From positions 1 to 64,000 of the IMG/VR virus record IMGVR_UViG_3300042289_000986: DNA of 64,000 nucleotides, one strand, 5' to 3'. The notes under the pieces were generated by a model that was given only the letters and a program-made list of their open reading frames with translations, did no database searches and was not told the DNA's origin. Below are positions 38,834 to 48,598 of the stretch, in pieces. Both the position numbers and the translations under genes were made by a program. Within the stretch, counting starts at the first letter, position 1, and each line of letters begins with the position of its first letter.

Positions 38834-39211
38834 ATGGACCAAGAACCTGTCTTTGTACTAGCTCAGAACATCAATACCATTAATAGCCTTAAGGGATGGA
38901 TATATAATCCGCCTGTATTCTTTGTACTATTTGCATGGGTGATGGCAACTATTGTCAGTGTTAAGATTATGGATACAAAACCTTTTAAATGGGTTTTAGT
39001 CTTGACAGTTCTTCTTATTATCTTTAGAGTATTACCCATGCATAACACAACACCTGTAATGACTGAGGAACAAATTACTCAAGTTGCTACTCAAGTGGCG
39101 AATATGAATGTTACGAACAGTGTGCCCTTGCCTTCTGTTGTGCCTGTGGCAACACCTGTCAGGGTGGCTACTCCTAACCAAACACCATCAGCACAATTGA
39201 TTAATAACTAA
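38834..39211 (+). CDS. Membrane protein (2 TM)
   Basis: Two hydrophobic segments; ATG just after TTGACA-N17-TAGCTT. Confidence 0.6.
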   Translation: MDQEPVFVLAQNINTINSLKGWIYNPPVFFVLFAWVMATIVSVKIMDTKPFKWVLVLTVLLIIFRVLPMHNTTPVMTEEQITQVATQVANMNVTNSVPLPSVVPVATPVRVATPNQTPSAQLINN

Positions 39212-39212
39212 T

Positions 39213-39416
39213 ATGAAAAAAGGATTTCAATTTATGAGTGAATATGCAGACGAAGAATATGGATGGGAACCCAAGCCTCATGTGAACATTCATGGAGAAT
39301 GGGTTCCTATGGATGATGTCCAATTCGAGAACATTGAAGAGGATATGCTCGGAAGGGATACTGTAACTGTAACCTATAATGGAGAAAGGTTCAAATCTTT
39401 GATCACTCTGCGTTAA
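39213..39416 (+). CDS. Hypothetical protein
   Basis: FENIEEDMLGRD motif; operonic spacing. Confidence 0.55.
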   Translation: MKKGFQFMSEYADEEYGWEPKPHVNIHGEWVPMDDVQFENIEEDMLGRDTVTVTYNGERFKSLITLR

Positions 39417-39476
39417 TGCAACATGGTGTAAAAATAACACTTGATGTTACCTCAAAACGTGATATAATGTATTAAT

Positions 39477-39653
39477 ATGAATAGTGGATTCTGGTGGAAC
39501 AAAAACTGTATGAAGGCAGATGATAGTTTCTGGCCTCATCTTTCTAAAGATTCAAGAAAGCAAATGCTTGGAACTTATGATGAATTTCTTCGTACTCAAA
39601 AGAAAATGAAGAGAGTAAAGATTTCTGATGAAGAGGAAGGAGGTGAAGAATAA
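39477..39653 (+). CDS. Small hypothetical protein
   Basis: 58-aa ORF after TTGATG..TATAAT, abutting the next gene. Confidence 0.5.
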   Translation: MNSGFWWNKNCMKADDSFWPHLSKDSRKQMLGTYDEFLRTQKKMKRVKISDEEEGGEE

Positions 39654-39875
39654 ATGACAAAGGAAGTTCGCTATAACTTGGTTGATTTTACTGATGGTGA
39701 GATCAATCGTAATACGCCTAGAGATATCAAGATGGAAGTTCTGTCCGAATATATCAACCCTGAGAAATATGCTTTCTTGGGCTTCGATAACAACGGCTCC
39801 ATCCTCCGTCTCCGTCCTCGCTTTCACAACGTTCGTGATCGCAAGGGCCGCTTTGCAGTTCGCCGCAAGAAGTAA
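39654..39875 (+). CDS. Small basic protein with RDxxGRF tail
   Basis: FHNVRDRKGRF; followed by a terminator. Confidence 0.6.
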   Translation: MTKEVRYNLVDFTDGEINRNTPRDIKMEVLSEYINPEKYAFLGFDNNGSILRLRPRFHNVRDRKGRFAVRRKK

Positions 39876-39918
39876 TTTGGGCTGAATCAGGGCGACCATA
39901 GGGGTCGTAAAAAACACA

Positions 39919-39959
39919 AAAGGTCCTGTGAGTTAATTCTCGCAGGACCTTTCTTTTTT
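39919..39959 (+). terminator. Rho-independent terminator
   Basis: AGGTCCTGTGAG/CTCGCAGGACCT stem plus T-tract. Confidence 0.85.
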
Positions 39960-40151
39960 GTCAAGGATATTTTTTGATAGAGGGTTATCGTGAAACTTAT
40001 TTTCTTGTTGGAGGGCATTCAAACGAACGTTTTTTTACAGAGATGGACAGAGATGACGACAAGAAAACATGAATCTTATTTTCTTGTCGATTTCGCCCAC
40101 CCTGAAAAAACCTGTTGACCCCTGAATGTACACCTGATATTAATGGTGACG

Positions 40152-40319
40152 ATGAAAACACCAACCACACAAGAAGCCAAAGAGATGATTCTCTGGCTCT
40201 GGAACAAGGACACTCTCATCGATGAGTTTCCTGAAACCGAAATCCGCCGCAAAGAAGTCCGAGCGGCTCTTATTCAATGGGCCAAAAATTCCATTGACAC
40301 CGAAACCACCAGCCACTAA
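40152..40319 (+). CDS. Small hypothetical protein
   Basis: 55-aa ORF directly behind a cassette promoter. Confidence 0.5.
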   Translation: MKTPTTQEAKEMILWLWNKDTLIDEFPETEIRRKEVRAALIQWAKNSIDTETTSH

Positions 40320-40328
40320 AACACCACC

Positions 40329-40496
40329 ATGACAACTAACGAACTCGTCCGTCATATCTTCTTCAAACTCGATGAGGAAGAGAATGGTTACAATGTTCCC
40401 AAGATGCAACGATTCGAAGACGGGATCGTTTGTGTCTTCGGAAAAAAAGTCTTGACCATTTCCGTGTCAGACATTACTGATGCATACAAACAATAA
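40329..40496 (+). CDS. Small hypothetical protein
   Basis: 55-aa ORF with operonic spacing. Confidence 0.45.
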   Translation: MTTNELVRHIFFKLDEEENGYNVPKMQRFEDGIVCVFGKKVLTISVSDITDAYKQ

Positions 40497-40503
40497 ACCC
40501 AAT

Positions 40504-40671
40504 ATGAAAAAACTAAACAAAGAACAAAGGAAGGCTCAACGCCTTCGTCGCAAGTTGGACAACTACATCACCGAGTTGCATAAACTCTACAAGGCACACC
40601 TTGAGGAACTTAATGCTCTCTCCGTCGATCTTTCTCGTTTCGAGAATGGTCATGAACCTCTACCCCGCTAA
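40504..40671 (+). CDS. Small hypothetical protein
   Basis: MKKLNKEQRK ORF. Confidence 0.5.
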   Translation: MKKLNKEQRKAQRLRRKLDNYITELHKLYKAHLEELNALSVDLSRFENGHEPLPR

Positions 40672-40848
40672 TCTTATGCATCAATACAAAGTCCACCTGC
40701 CCCAACGAAACAACTGGGATGAAGACTGTGACATGATGGAGTCTTTCTATCTATCAGGCATCAACAGCAAACCTTACTACGACGAAGAAGACAATCTTCC
40801 TTCGTCGCTCGATGACATTCCGATTAACATAGAAGGAAGCGAAACGGA

Positions 40849-41025
40849 ATGAAGAAGCTCACCCTCGTTCTTTCTTTGTTCTGGGCAACCTTGTTCTGGG
40901 TCTTGCTCGTCTATCTGATCTTCAACTTGATTGGTTGTGCGCCGAAAGAACCTTGGTGGAAGAAACACGGCTACGATCCTAAACAACAAATTGATCTGAC
41001 CTTGGTTCCCGACATCATCCCATAG
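40849..41025 (+). CDS. Small putative lipoprotein
   Basis: MKK plus hydrophobic stretch plus LIGC lipobox-like motif. Confidence 0.5.
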   Translation: MKKLTLVLSLFWATLFWVLLVYLIFNLIGCAPKEPWWKKHGYDPKQQIDLTLVPDIIP

Positions 41026-41043
41026 AATTCCTCTCGCGCAAAC

Positions 41044-41076
41044 AAAGGCCACTGTCGAAAGATGGTGGCCTTTTTT
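41044..41076 (+). terminator. Rho-independent terminator
   Basis: GGCCACTGTC-GAAA-GATGGTGGCC plus T-tract. Confidence 0.85.
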
Positions 41077-41216
41077 GTTTTTACCATGTGGGCCTTGTGG
41101 TCCCTGTGGTCCGGTTAACCCCTTACAAGAAAACATGAATCTTATTTTCTTGTTGAATGCACCCACGGGCAAAAAAAGTTCTTGCCACGGGCGCGGGAAT
41201 TTGTCATGCTCTCCCC

Positions 41217-41387
41217 ATGTTCAAAAGAACCTACACCTACCATTACATCGAGGCTGACAAAAACCATCCTCATCAATTTGAAAAAAAATTTAAAAAAATC
41301 CTTGACACTTTGCTGAATCCTGATTATGTTCGCGCTGTTGAAAAGATTGCAAAGATTTATTCCAAGCAAAATTATCTTTACAACTAA
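41217..41387 (+). CDS. Small hypothetical protein
   Basis: MFKRTYTY ORF behind a cassette promoter. Confidence 0.45.
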   Translation: MFKRTYTYHYIEADKNHPHQFEKKFKKILDTLLNPDYVRAVEKIAKIYSKQNYLYN

Positions 41388-41414
41388 CCACCAACCAACT
41401 AACCTAAAACCACA

Positions 41415-43430
41415 ATGAAACTAAGCACCACCACCAACACCATCGAACGTATCGGAAACGTGTCCAACGAGGCGCAATTCCGTATGAAAACAAGTCAGAA
41501 GGCATTTCAAATCCTCTCTGACCTCTACTCCGACAAACCTCTCGCCATCGTGCGTGAGTTGGGTTGCAACGCCGCTGACAGTATGACTGCTGCTGGCAAA
41601 GCCGACCAACCCTTCCACATTCATCTTCCGAACACCTTGGAACCTTGGCTTGCCATTGAAGATTTCGGGACGGGTATCTCGCATGATGACATCTACGAGA
41701 TTTACACTGTCTATTTTGCTTCGACCAAGACCAACAGCAACAGTCAGATCGGTTGCTTGGGATTGGGTAGCAAGTCTCCTTTCTGCTATACCGATAACTT
41801 CTCCGTGACTTCTACTCACAATGGAGTTCGTCGTATCTACAATGCTTACTTCAACGAGGAAGGCACTCCTGCAATCGCACTCATGTCAACCGAGAATCAT
41901 TCTGGTTCCAATGGTGTGAAGATTCAAATTCCTGTGAAGTCCACAGACTTCCAAGACTTCCTTGTTGCTACGCAAAAAGCCTTCCGCTTCTTCGACGTTA
42001 AGCCAACGATCAGTGGCGGCAAGTTGGATTGGGGCGTGGAAACTCCGTTGTTCAAATCGGACGATTGGGCTTTCTTTGAGAAGATGGCAGACCGCTATCA
42101 TGGTCAATCCTTCGCCATCATGGGTGGCGTGACCTATCCTATCGACACCTATCAAGTGCGCGATGAAGAAGGCGAGTATCAGCAAATGCTTCGCAACGGA
42201 TTGGTCTTGAAGTTCGCTATGGGTGAGTTGGACTTCACTCCTGCAAGGGATGCTCTGTCCTATACGCCTATGACAATCAAGGCAGTTCATGACAAACTTG
42301 CCAAGGTCAAGAAAGAGTTGCCTGTCAAGGTGACTGAAATGATCGACAGCAAAGAGACGTTGCTTGAAGCTATCCGCGCCACGTTGTTCTTCATCGACAA
42401 GTTCTACTTCCTCAACGTCAATCGTATCGGCGTGAAGAAAGATGAAATGAAGATCACTTGGAAAGGTATCGACATTACCGAACCTACTGGCTTTTTCAAA
42501 AAGCTCGCGCCTGACATGGAGTTGTTCAGCAAACGTAGTTGGCATCGTCGCAAGATCAGTGTCAGCACTCAACCACAATTCGGTAGCGACATCGAATGGT
42601 TCCGTAATGACGTTGTTCGTGGTGGCGAGCGTCGAGTTCGTGGATACGTTTCTTCCAGTGGCAAGACTGTCATGGTTTTCAATCAGACCGATTATGACAA
42701 TCTTCTCAAAAACAAGTTCACATCCGATATGTTCAAAGCGGTATCTTCGTTGCCTTCTCCTACTGCTCAACGCAAAGTGCGTAGCAATGGAACAGTTGTG
42801 CAAAAAGCCAAGGAAGATATTACTACCTATACCTTCGGGGAAATGCACAAAGAGAAGTGGGAGAGTGAAGTGATCGAACCTTCCGACACTCTGCCTAAAT
42901 ACTACTTTGTCAAAGAGACTGATGGTTGGGGATTGAAGCTCAAGCTCAACGGCATCCGAGTTCTTTCTACCAAGGGAGAGTTGGCAAACATCCTCGCCGC
43001 TTTCGGTATCTCGCGTGATGAAGTCTGCATGGTTTCGTCGCGTGAGGAAAAGAAAGTTCTCCAACGTGGAGGATGCGAGAATCTTGCAACGTGGTGGAAC
43101 GCTAACATCAAAGTCGAGTTCGATGCCGATGAGTTGAAAACTCTTGAAGAATACGAGTTCTATCACATGGACAAGATCACAAGTCATAAGAAGTTCAAAG
43201 ACCTTGACGATTCCAATTCCATCAAAGTCGCGCTCAACACGCTCAAGACTTTGAAAGCAAAGTATGTCAAACTCAAAGACATCACTCATTCCTTGGAAAA
43301 CTTCAAGAGTGGAAAGAAAGTCAAGTTCCCTCTTAATGAAGCGGAAGCGATTGTGTTTGACTTCATCCGTAATTGCGGTCACTACGATTGCGACAAGTAT
43401 CTGGTGCTTGCCAAGGCACTTGAAAAATAA
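41415..43430 (+). CDS. rIIA: RIIA-like protein (N-terminal GHKL ATPase)
   Basis: LYSDKPLAIVRELGCNAADS, DFGTG and GCLGLGSKSPFCYTD motifs; followed by rIIB. Confidence 0.9.
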   Translation: MKLSTTTNTIERIGNVSNEAQFRMKTSQKAFQILSDLYSDKPLAIVRELGCNAADSMTAAGKADQPFHIHLPNTLEPWLAIEDFGTGISHDDIYEIYTVYFASTKTNSNSQIGCLGLGSKSPFCYTDNFSVTSTHNGVRRIYNAYFNEEGTPAIALMSTENHSGSNGVKIQIPVKSTDFQDFLVATQKAFRFFDVKPTISGGKLDWGVETPLFKSDDWAFFEKMADRYHGQSFAIMGGVTYPIDTYQVRDEEGEYQQMLRNGLVLKFAMGELDFTPARDALSYTPMTIKAVHDKLAKVKKELPVKVTEMIDSKETLLEAIRATLFFIDKFYFLNVNRIGVKKDEMKITWKGIDITEPTGFFKKLAPDMELFSKRSWHRRKISVSTQPQFGSDIEWFRNDVVRGGERRVRGYVSSSGKTVMVFNQTDYDNLLKNKFTSDMFKAVSSLPSPTAQRKVRSNGTVVQKAKEDITTYTFGEMHKEKWESEVIEPSDTLPKYYFVKETDGWGLKLKLNGIRVLSTKGELANILAAFGISRDEVCMVSSREEKKVLQRGGCENLATWWNANIKVEFDADELKTLEEYEFYHMDKITSHKKFKDLDDSNSIKVALNTLKTLKAKYVKLKDITHSLENFKSGKKVKFPLNEAEAIVFDFIRNCGHYDCDKYLVLAKALEK

Positions 43431-43482
43431 TTGAAAAATTCCATTGACAAATAACAACAAACCATATAACCTAATAAACGAT

Positions 43483-44469
43483 ATGAATAAGCATACCACA
43501 GCAGTTACTATCACAGGCAACGGCAAGATCGCCGCTGTCATCGACGGCACGGCATACTCCGTGGAAACCGATCACCCGAACCATGCCAAGGCACTTGACG
43601 CTATTCGCAATAGCGATTGGGAAACCTTCTTGGATTGTGTTGACCTCTCTCGCAAGGTTCGTGACTACGTTCACAACACCAACGTCGAGATTAAGGATGG
43701 CATGATCGTGTTCGATGGTGAATCTGTTCACAACACCTTGACCAAACGAGTCATTAGCTTCATGCAACAAGACTTGCCTTTCAAGCCTATGCTCAACTTC
43801 CTCTGCAATCTCATGGACAATCCTTCCAAGAGAGCGGTTGACGAGTTGTATGACTTCCTTGAAGCAGGTGAGTTGCCCATCACTGAAGATGGTCACTTCC
43901 TCGCCTTCAAGAATGTCAAAGCAGACTACAAGGACATTTACTCTGGCAAGTTTGACAATGCGGTTGGTGCTATCTGTGAAATGAAGCGCAACCAAGTTGA
44001 CGAGGACAAAGATCGCACTTGCAGTTACGGATTGCACTTCTGCTCTATTGCGTATCTCCCTCACTTCCGAGATTGTAATGGTGGTAAGACCATGATCGTG
44101 AAGATCAATCCCAAGGACGTTGTTGCTATTCCCGCCGATTACAACAACACCAAAGGACGCACTTGCCGCTACGAAGTTGTTGGTGAATACACCGAAAACT
44201 GGCGCGAGAAGTTGGGTCGCAACGAAAGCGGTTGGGACGCTCCACTCTACTCATCCGATGGTGGGGAGTATGAGGACGAGGATTCCGATTGGAATGATTG
44301 CTGCGATGATGGCAATTGCTACTGCAACGAAGATGATCAATCCTATGATGATCACTTGGATGAAGTCAGCAACGGATACTCTCCCGATGTTTATGGAGTC
44401 AAACCCACTGGTCAAAAGTTCTACAACCTCCGTGGGGATGATGGGAAGTTCCAAAAGAAGAATGTGTAG
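43483..44469 (+). CDS. rIIB: RIIB-like protein
   Basis: ITEDGHFLAFK, RTCSYGLHFC and VKINPKDVVAIPADYNNTKGRTCRYEVV motifs. Confidence 0.9.
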   Translation: MNKHTTAVTITGNGKIAAVIDGTAYSVETDHPNHAKALDAIRNSDWETFLDCVDLSRKVRDYVHNTNVEIKDGMIVFDGESVHNTLTKRVISFMQQDLPFKPMLNFLCNLMDNPSKRAVDELYDFLEAGELPITEDGHFLAFKNVKADYKDIYSGKFDNAVGAICEMKRNQVDEDKDRTCSYGLHFCSIAYLPHFRDCNGGKTMIVKINPKDVVAIPADYNNTKGRTCRYEVVGEYTENWREKLGRNESGWDAPLYSSDGGEYEDEDSDWNDCCDDGNCYCNEDDQSYDDHLDEVSNGYSPDVYGVKPTGQKFYNLRGDDGKFQKKNV

Positions 44470-44579
44470 GGTTAGTGTTATTGCATTGTGGTGTGGTTGC
44501 TGAAAGGCAAAGGGGGAGGGAAGTCTGGGCTTCTCTCCCCCAACACCATGAATCATATTTTCTTGTTAAGTATTTTCAT

Positions 44580-44652
<73 letters not shown>

Positions 44653-44657
44653 CATCA

Positions 44658-44729
44658 GGGATGGTAGCTCAAAGGTAGAGCAGTGCCCTTTTAAGGCATT
44701 GGTTGTGAGTTCGATCCTCACCCATCCCA
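44658..44729 (+). tRNA. tRNA-Lys (TTT)
   Basis: Cloverleaf; GTGCC-CTTTTAA-GGCAT. Confidence 0.93.
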
Positions 44730-44732
44730 TTC

Positions 44733-44757
44733 AACCCGTCAATCGACGGGTTTTTTT
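44733..44757 (+). terminator. Rho-independent terminator
   Basis: ACCCGTC/GACGGGT plus T-tract. Confidence 0.85.
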
Positions 44758-45135
44758 GTATCTTCCCGAAGTCAATTTCGGGAACATCACGAAACAAATT
44801 TCAGGATCATCGAGCCGAACAAGAAAAGATGAATCATATTTTCTTGTAGAGTGTTGTGGTATGGTCAAATATTTATCGAAAACGTTTGACACTTTGCCAG
44901 CTTTATGCTTTAATCTTTCTTGTAATGAAGAAATTCATGCTACCAATAAGTGTTGTGTTGGAATATTTCGTCAGTTTGACGGAACGATTCCTCCACAGGA
45001 AACAAAAGCCATCTTTCATGGCTCTTAGCGTGGTGGAGTTCACCCAAGAAAATTGGCTTGACGGAGTTGTTCGTCAAGGTAGAATTCTTGATCACCTCTA
45101 CTACTACAACCAAAACAACTAAACAGAAAGAGAAG

Positions 45136-45321
45136 ATGAAACATATACCAACATTGTCGATTGTATTCTTTAAAGATACAGGTCTTTACGGATACGAGTA
45201 TGACGATATCAACGGCCTTACTCAAACTGAGTATGGTTACCTCTCAGTGGATGCTGCCCTTGGCGATGCATTCAAACGCCTCAAGACTTTCACAGTCTTG
45301 GAGGATGTCGAAACCAAGTAA
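45136..45321 (+). CDS. Small hypothetical protein
   Basis: ORF in a plus-strand operon. Confidence 0.5.
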   Translation: MKHIPTLSIVFFKDTGLYGYEYDDINGLTQTEYGYLSVDAALGDAFKRLKTFTVLEDVETK

Positions 45322-45333
45322 GAATAAATCCAA

Positions 45334-45633
45334 ATGAAAAAGAATGGTCTTCTTACTCAAGAAGAACGTCAGGATTATGGGAAAGGGTTTGGAAGCAAAC
45401 CCAATTTCCTCGAAGCTCTTTTCGCTCTTCAGCAAACGTATCCAGAGTGTTACATCGAGGCATGGACACCTGAAGACTACGAAGCCAAGGCTGGTCGTGA
45501 AATCACAATCCGTGAGGCTATGATTGTTTCCAATTACCTCTACAACTATGTGGATGCTAACAAAGGAACGACTTGGAATAAGATCGAAAAATATGTGAAG
45601 AAAACTCTTGACGATCATAGCGACCTTGAATAG
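45334..45633 (+). CDS. Hypothetical protein
   Basis: ORF in a plus-strand operon. Confidence 0.6.
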   Translation: MKKNGLLTQEERQDYGKGFGSKPNFLEALFALQQTYPECYIEAWTPEDYEAKAGREITIREAMIVSNYLYNYVDANKGTTWNKIEKYVKKTLDDHSDLE

Positions 45634-45645
45634 GCTGCAATCGTT

Positions 45646-45858
45646 ATGAACCGCTACAACATCAAAGTCACGATCAGTCTGAACGTCCTCGCGGAAAATT
45701 CGAACGATGTTCTTGACTGTGTGAATGAACTCGACTACAACTTCCTCGAAACAACTGGTAAATGTTTTCTCGAACGCTTCGAGATGGCAGATACTGAAAT
45801 CATGGAAGTTCAACCACTAACCAAAAAAGAAATGAAGGAGATTAAAAGTTATGCCTAA
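45646..45858 (+). CDS. Small acidic hypothetical protein
   Basis: ORF in a plus-strand operon. Confidence 0.55.
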   Translation: MNRYNIKVTISLNVLAENSNDVLDCVNELDYNFLETTGKCFLERFEMADTEIMEVQPLTKKEMKEIKSYA

Positions 45859-46369
45859 CTATTGCACAAACGTTCTCATGCTGAATGAGGATAGTAACGA
45901 TTCAATCTGGGATGTCCTCAGAGATTACATTTCCAATGGAAGATTGGACTTCGAGTTGATTCGTCCGATGCCTGATGAATTGCGCGGAACCACATCTCCA
46001 ACACCAAAAGACACTGATCCTGCTACCAAGGAAGCACTCATACAAAAGTATGGCGCGGATAACTGGTGGGATTGGTGTGTGCAAAACTGGGGAACCAAAT
46101 GGAACTGCGACATGGATGCGGAGAAAAATCAAAGCAAACATTGCATGACAATGGATACTGCATGGAGTCCTCCGATTCCGATTGTGGCGCAACTCTCAAA
46201 GCTAACTGGTCGGGAGTTTCGCTTGACCTATATTGAAGAAGGGGTGGACTTCTGCGGAGAATACTTCAGCTATCCAAACTGGTTGAAGAATCACGACCAT
46301 GAACACTCTCCGATCAGTAGCGCACCCAAGAAACTTCAAAAGGAACTCGTTAGTGAATGGACATGGTAA
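45851..46369 (+). CDS. YubB/DUF1281 ferredoxin-like (Api92-like) protein
   Basis: MPNYCTN, WWDWCVQNWGTKWN and DTAWSPP motifs. Confidence 0.85.
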   Translation: MPNYCTNVLMLNEDSNDSIWDVLRDYISNGRLDFELIRPMPDELRGTTSPTPKDTDPATKEALIQKYGADNWWDWCVQNWGTKWNCDMDAEKNQSKHCMTMDTAWSPPIPIVAQLSKLTGREFRLTYIEEGVDFCGEYFSYPNWLKNHDHEHSPISSAPKKLQKELVSEWTW

Positions 46370-46373
46370 CCTT

Positions 46374-46607
46374 ATGAAAAAAACAATTCAAGAAAAAATA
46401 AACGAAGCCTACGAAGAACTTAGAGAAATTGCGCTCGAACTTGCTGATGACTTAGAAATCTCCCAAGAAATTGATGGCAACTATGCTTGCTTCATCGACA
46501 AGGAAATCTATACAACATTCCAGAAGATGAATGAGAAGATCAACAAGCTCCACGACAAACAGAAAGAGCAAGATGCCAAACAATTGAAATTCGCACTCAA
46601 GCGATGA
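46374..46607 (+). CDS. Hypothetical protein
   Basis: Operonic ORF. Confidence 0.5.
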   Translation: MKKTIQEKINEAYEELREIALELADDLEISQEIDGNYACFIDKEIYTTFQKMNEKINKLHDKQKEQDAKQLKFALKR

Positions 46608-46813
46608 AAAAGAAAAAAGATCAAAAGACTCCTACCGATATTTTAAATTGGTGCGAGAGTCAAGAAGAAAAAACTAAAAAAACAATTGATCATCTATTGG
46701 ATCATGAAGATTGGCAGGATGAAAAAACAAAAAAAGCCTTGACGATTGCTTCACAAATCCTTAAAAGTATAGATGAACTGAAACAAGCAACCTTAGATAT
46801 CATCATTAAATGA
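46604..46813 (+). CDS. Hypothetical protein
   Basis: ATGA overlap. Confidence 0.5.
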   Translation: MKKKKDQKTPTDILNWCESQEEKTKKTIDHLLDHEDWQDEKTKKALTIASQILKSIDELKQATLDIIIK

Positions 46814-46829
46814 AACTTATTTTCTTGTA

Positions 46830-47048
46830 ATGAAAACCATGACTAAAAACCTCACACGAAAACTTTTTAATCTGCCGACAAAAAATGTTCGTAGGCAGAT
46901 GAAGAAGGCAACCAAAAAATATCTTGTGGTCAACGATCACAATCCACATGATGTTTTTGAAATCGAAGCAACCAATCCTAACACCGCTGCTCATGCTGCC
47001 CTCACGCATCTTGGCTGGTGGTTGGCCGAGGATCAATACATCCGCTAA
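46830..47048 (+). CDS. Hypothetical protein
   Basis: Starts immediately after a repeat half-site. Confidence 0.5.
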   Translation: MKTMTKNLTRKLFNLPTKNVRRQMKKATKKYLVVNDHNPHDVFEIEATNPNTAAHAALTHLGWWLAEDQYIR

Positions 47049-47049
47049 C

Positions 47050-47253
47050 ATGATTACAAAAGACAAACGTGGTAACAATGTTGCTGTTGGTAATGTTGTG
47101 AAACTTGGCAGGAAAAAAGATCGTTATCGCATTATCAAAATCATTCAAGTGGATAGTGGGGTTGAGGGAGAAACTTATCCTATTTTTGAATTGCTTTCAC
47201 TCGAACCTCAAACTATCTTCCGTGGCGAACACCAAATCGAACTATCATACTAA
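47050..47253 (+). CDS. Small SH3/KOW-like protein
   Basis: KDKRGNNVAVGNVV, similar to 50300-50533. Confidence 0.45.
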   Translation: MITKDKRGNNVAVGNVVKLGRKKDRYRIIKIIQVDSGVEGETYPIFELLSLEPQTIFRGEHQIELSY

Positions 47254-47254
47254 C

Positions 47255-47422
47255 ATGAAAAAGAACCAACTGATGAACCGAGTGATTGACTATGCTCTCT
47301 GCTACCTCAATTCCAATTGGGATGATTGGGTCGAAGAAGACTTGGGATTGTCAAATGAACAATTTCAAAAAATTATCCAACAGTTTCAAAAAAGTCTTGA
47401 CGAGAAACCAACCAGCGTCTAA
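47255..47422 (+). CDS. Small hypothetical protein
   Basis: Operonic ORF. Confidence 0.45.
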   Translation: MKKNQLMNRVIDYALCYLNSNWDDWVEEDLGLSNEQFQKIIQQFQKSLDEKPTSV

Positions 47423-47434
47423 CCTTATTACGTC

Positions 47435-47740
47435 ATGAAAAAACCAAACACCACAAAACTCAAAGCTATGGCTCGCAATATCAAGCAAAGGATCATTGCT
47501 CGCCAAATCAAACACCTCAATCGTAGTGCCATGTCTGGTGATTACGAACTCCTCAAGATGCATAGCAACGACCTCACGGATGTTCTGTTCATCTGTGGAC
47601 AAATCCTCAATGGCAATTACATAATTGCTCTTGATACTTGGGGTGACTTGGACACTCAAATCCGAGACATCTTTTCCATTCGCTTTATCAATATCCTTGA
47701 AAAAGCGGCTGACTACGAATACCATTTCAACGCACTCTAA
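47435..47740 (+). CDS. Hypothetical protein
   Basis: Operonic ORF. Confidence 0.55.
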   Translation: MKKPNTTKLKAMARNIKQRIIARQIKHLNRSAMSGDYELLKMHSNDLTDVLFICGQILNGNYIIALDTWGDLDTQIRDIFSIRFINILEKAADYEYHFNAL

Positions 47741-47811
47741 CAATATGCTTGTAATCTTTCTTGCAATCATTATACTCTGTTACTACGAAAAGCACGGATC
47801 ACTTTAATATT

Positions 47812-48288
47812 ATGGGATATACACACTACTGGAACTTCGATCCTAACAAGATCGAGAACACCGAAACGCTTCGCAAGAAGTTTAAACGAGCCAGCAAGCA
47901 AATTAAATCATTTGCAAACTGGTTGCCTAACAAAGGGATCAAGATCTGCGGTGGACTTGGAGATGGTAAACCTATCTTCAACGAAACCGAAATCTGGTTC
48001 AATGGAGATGGATCAGAGAAACTCGATCATGAAACGTTTAACCTTCATTGGTCGCGTCCTACTACTCATGGTAGACACAGCGACTTCTGCAAGACCGCCC
48101 GTAAACCTTACGATCTCTTGGTCTGCTTTGCTCTTCTCACATTTGCTGAGATCTTCCCAGAAGCATTCGAGTTCTCCTCCGATGGAGACATGGAAGATAC
48201 TGAGTGGCAAGAAGGCGTAGAGTATTATGAATTGTATACAGGTAAGACCGCCAAGATTCCTCAAAGCATGATGAAACAAGCAGCTTAA
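47812..48288 (+). CDS. Conserved phage protein (MGYTHYW / FCKTARKPYD family)
   Basis: Characteristic motifs. Confidence 0.75.
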   Translation: MGYTHYWNFDPNKIENTETLRKKFKRASKQIKSFANWLPNKGIKICGGLGDGKPIFNETEIWFNGDGSEKLDHETFNLHWSRPTTHGRHSDFCKTARKPYDLLVCFALLTFAEIFPEAFEFSSDGDMEDTEWQEGVEYYELYTGKTAKIPQSMMKQAA

Positions 48289-48295
48289 CAACTCT

Positions 48296-48368
48296 GGGGT
48301 GGTAGCTCAATGGTTAGAGCAGTCGGCTCATAATCGATTGGTTGGGGGTTCGAATCCCTCCCGCCCCA
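48296..48368 (+). tRNA. tRNA with CAT anticodon (likely Ile2/lysidine type, or elongator Met)
   Basis: GTCGG-CTCATAA-TCGAT; D arm resembles bacterial Ile2; paired 1:72. Confidence 0.9.
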
Positions 48369-48376
48369 CAAATATT

Positions 48377-48598
48377 ATGACAAAAAAAGAAAAACAAATG
48401 GAGAAGTACATCAAGGATCTTTGCCGCGATGCAGATGTTGAATACGATCCTGAATTCGGATCTCACATGGACGATGAAAAACTTAACGAACTACTACGAC
48501 AAGATATCCAAAAACAATTGGACTACATGGTTCAAGAGGGTTTTTGTGAACAAGTGGGAGATAAATACATCTGTAGGGAAAACCCTACTGATCTTTAG
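48377..48598 (+). CDS. Hypothetical protein
   Basis: ORF after the tRNA. Confidence 0.5.
   Translation: MTKKEKQMEKYIKDLCRDADVEYDPEFGSHMDDEKLNELLRQDIQKQLDYMVQEGFCEQVGDKYICRENPTDL

Noticed and set aside
41886-43550. 554-aa minus-strand ORF (also 43471-44064, 52810-53604 and 45244-45813)
   Set aside because: Antisense shadows of rIIA/rIIB and other codon-biased plus-strand genes, with no recognisable motifs.
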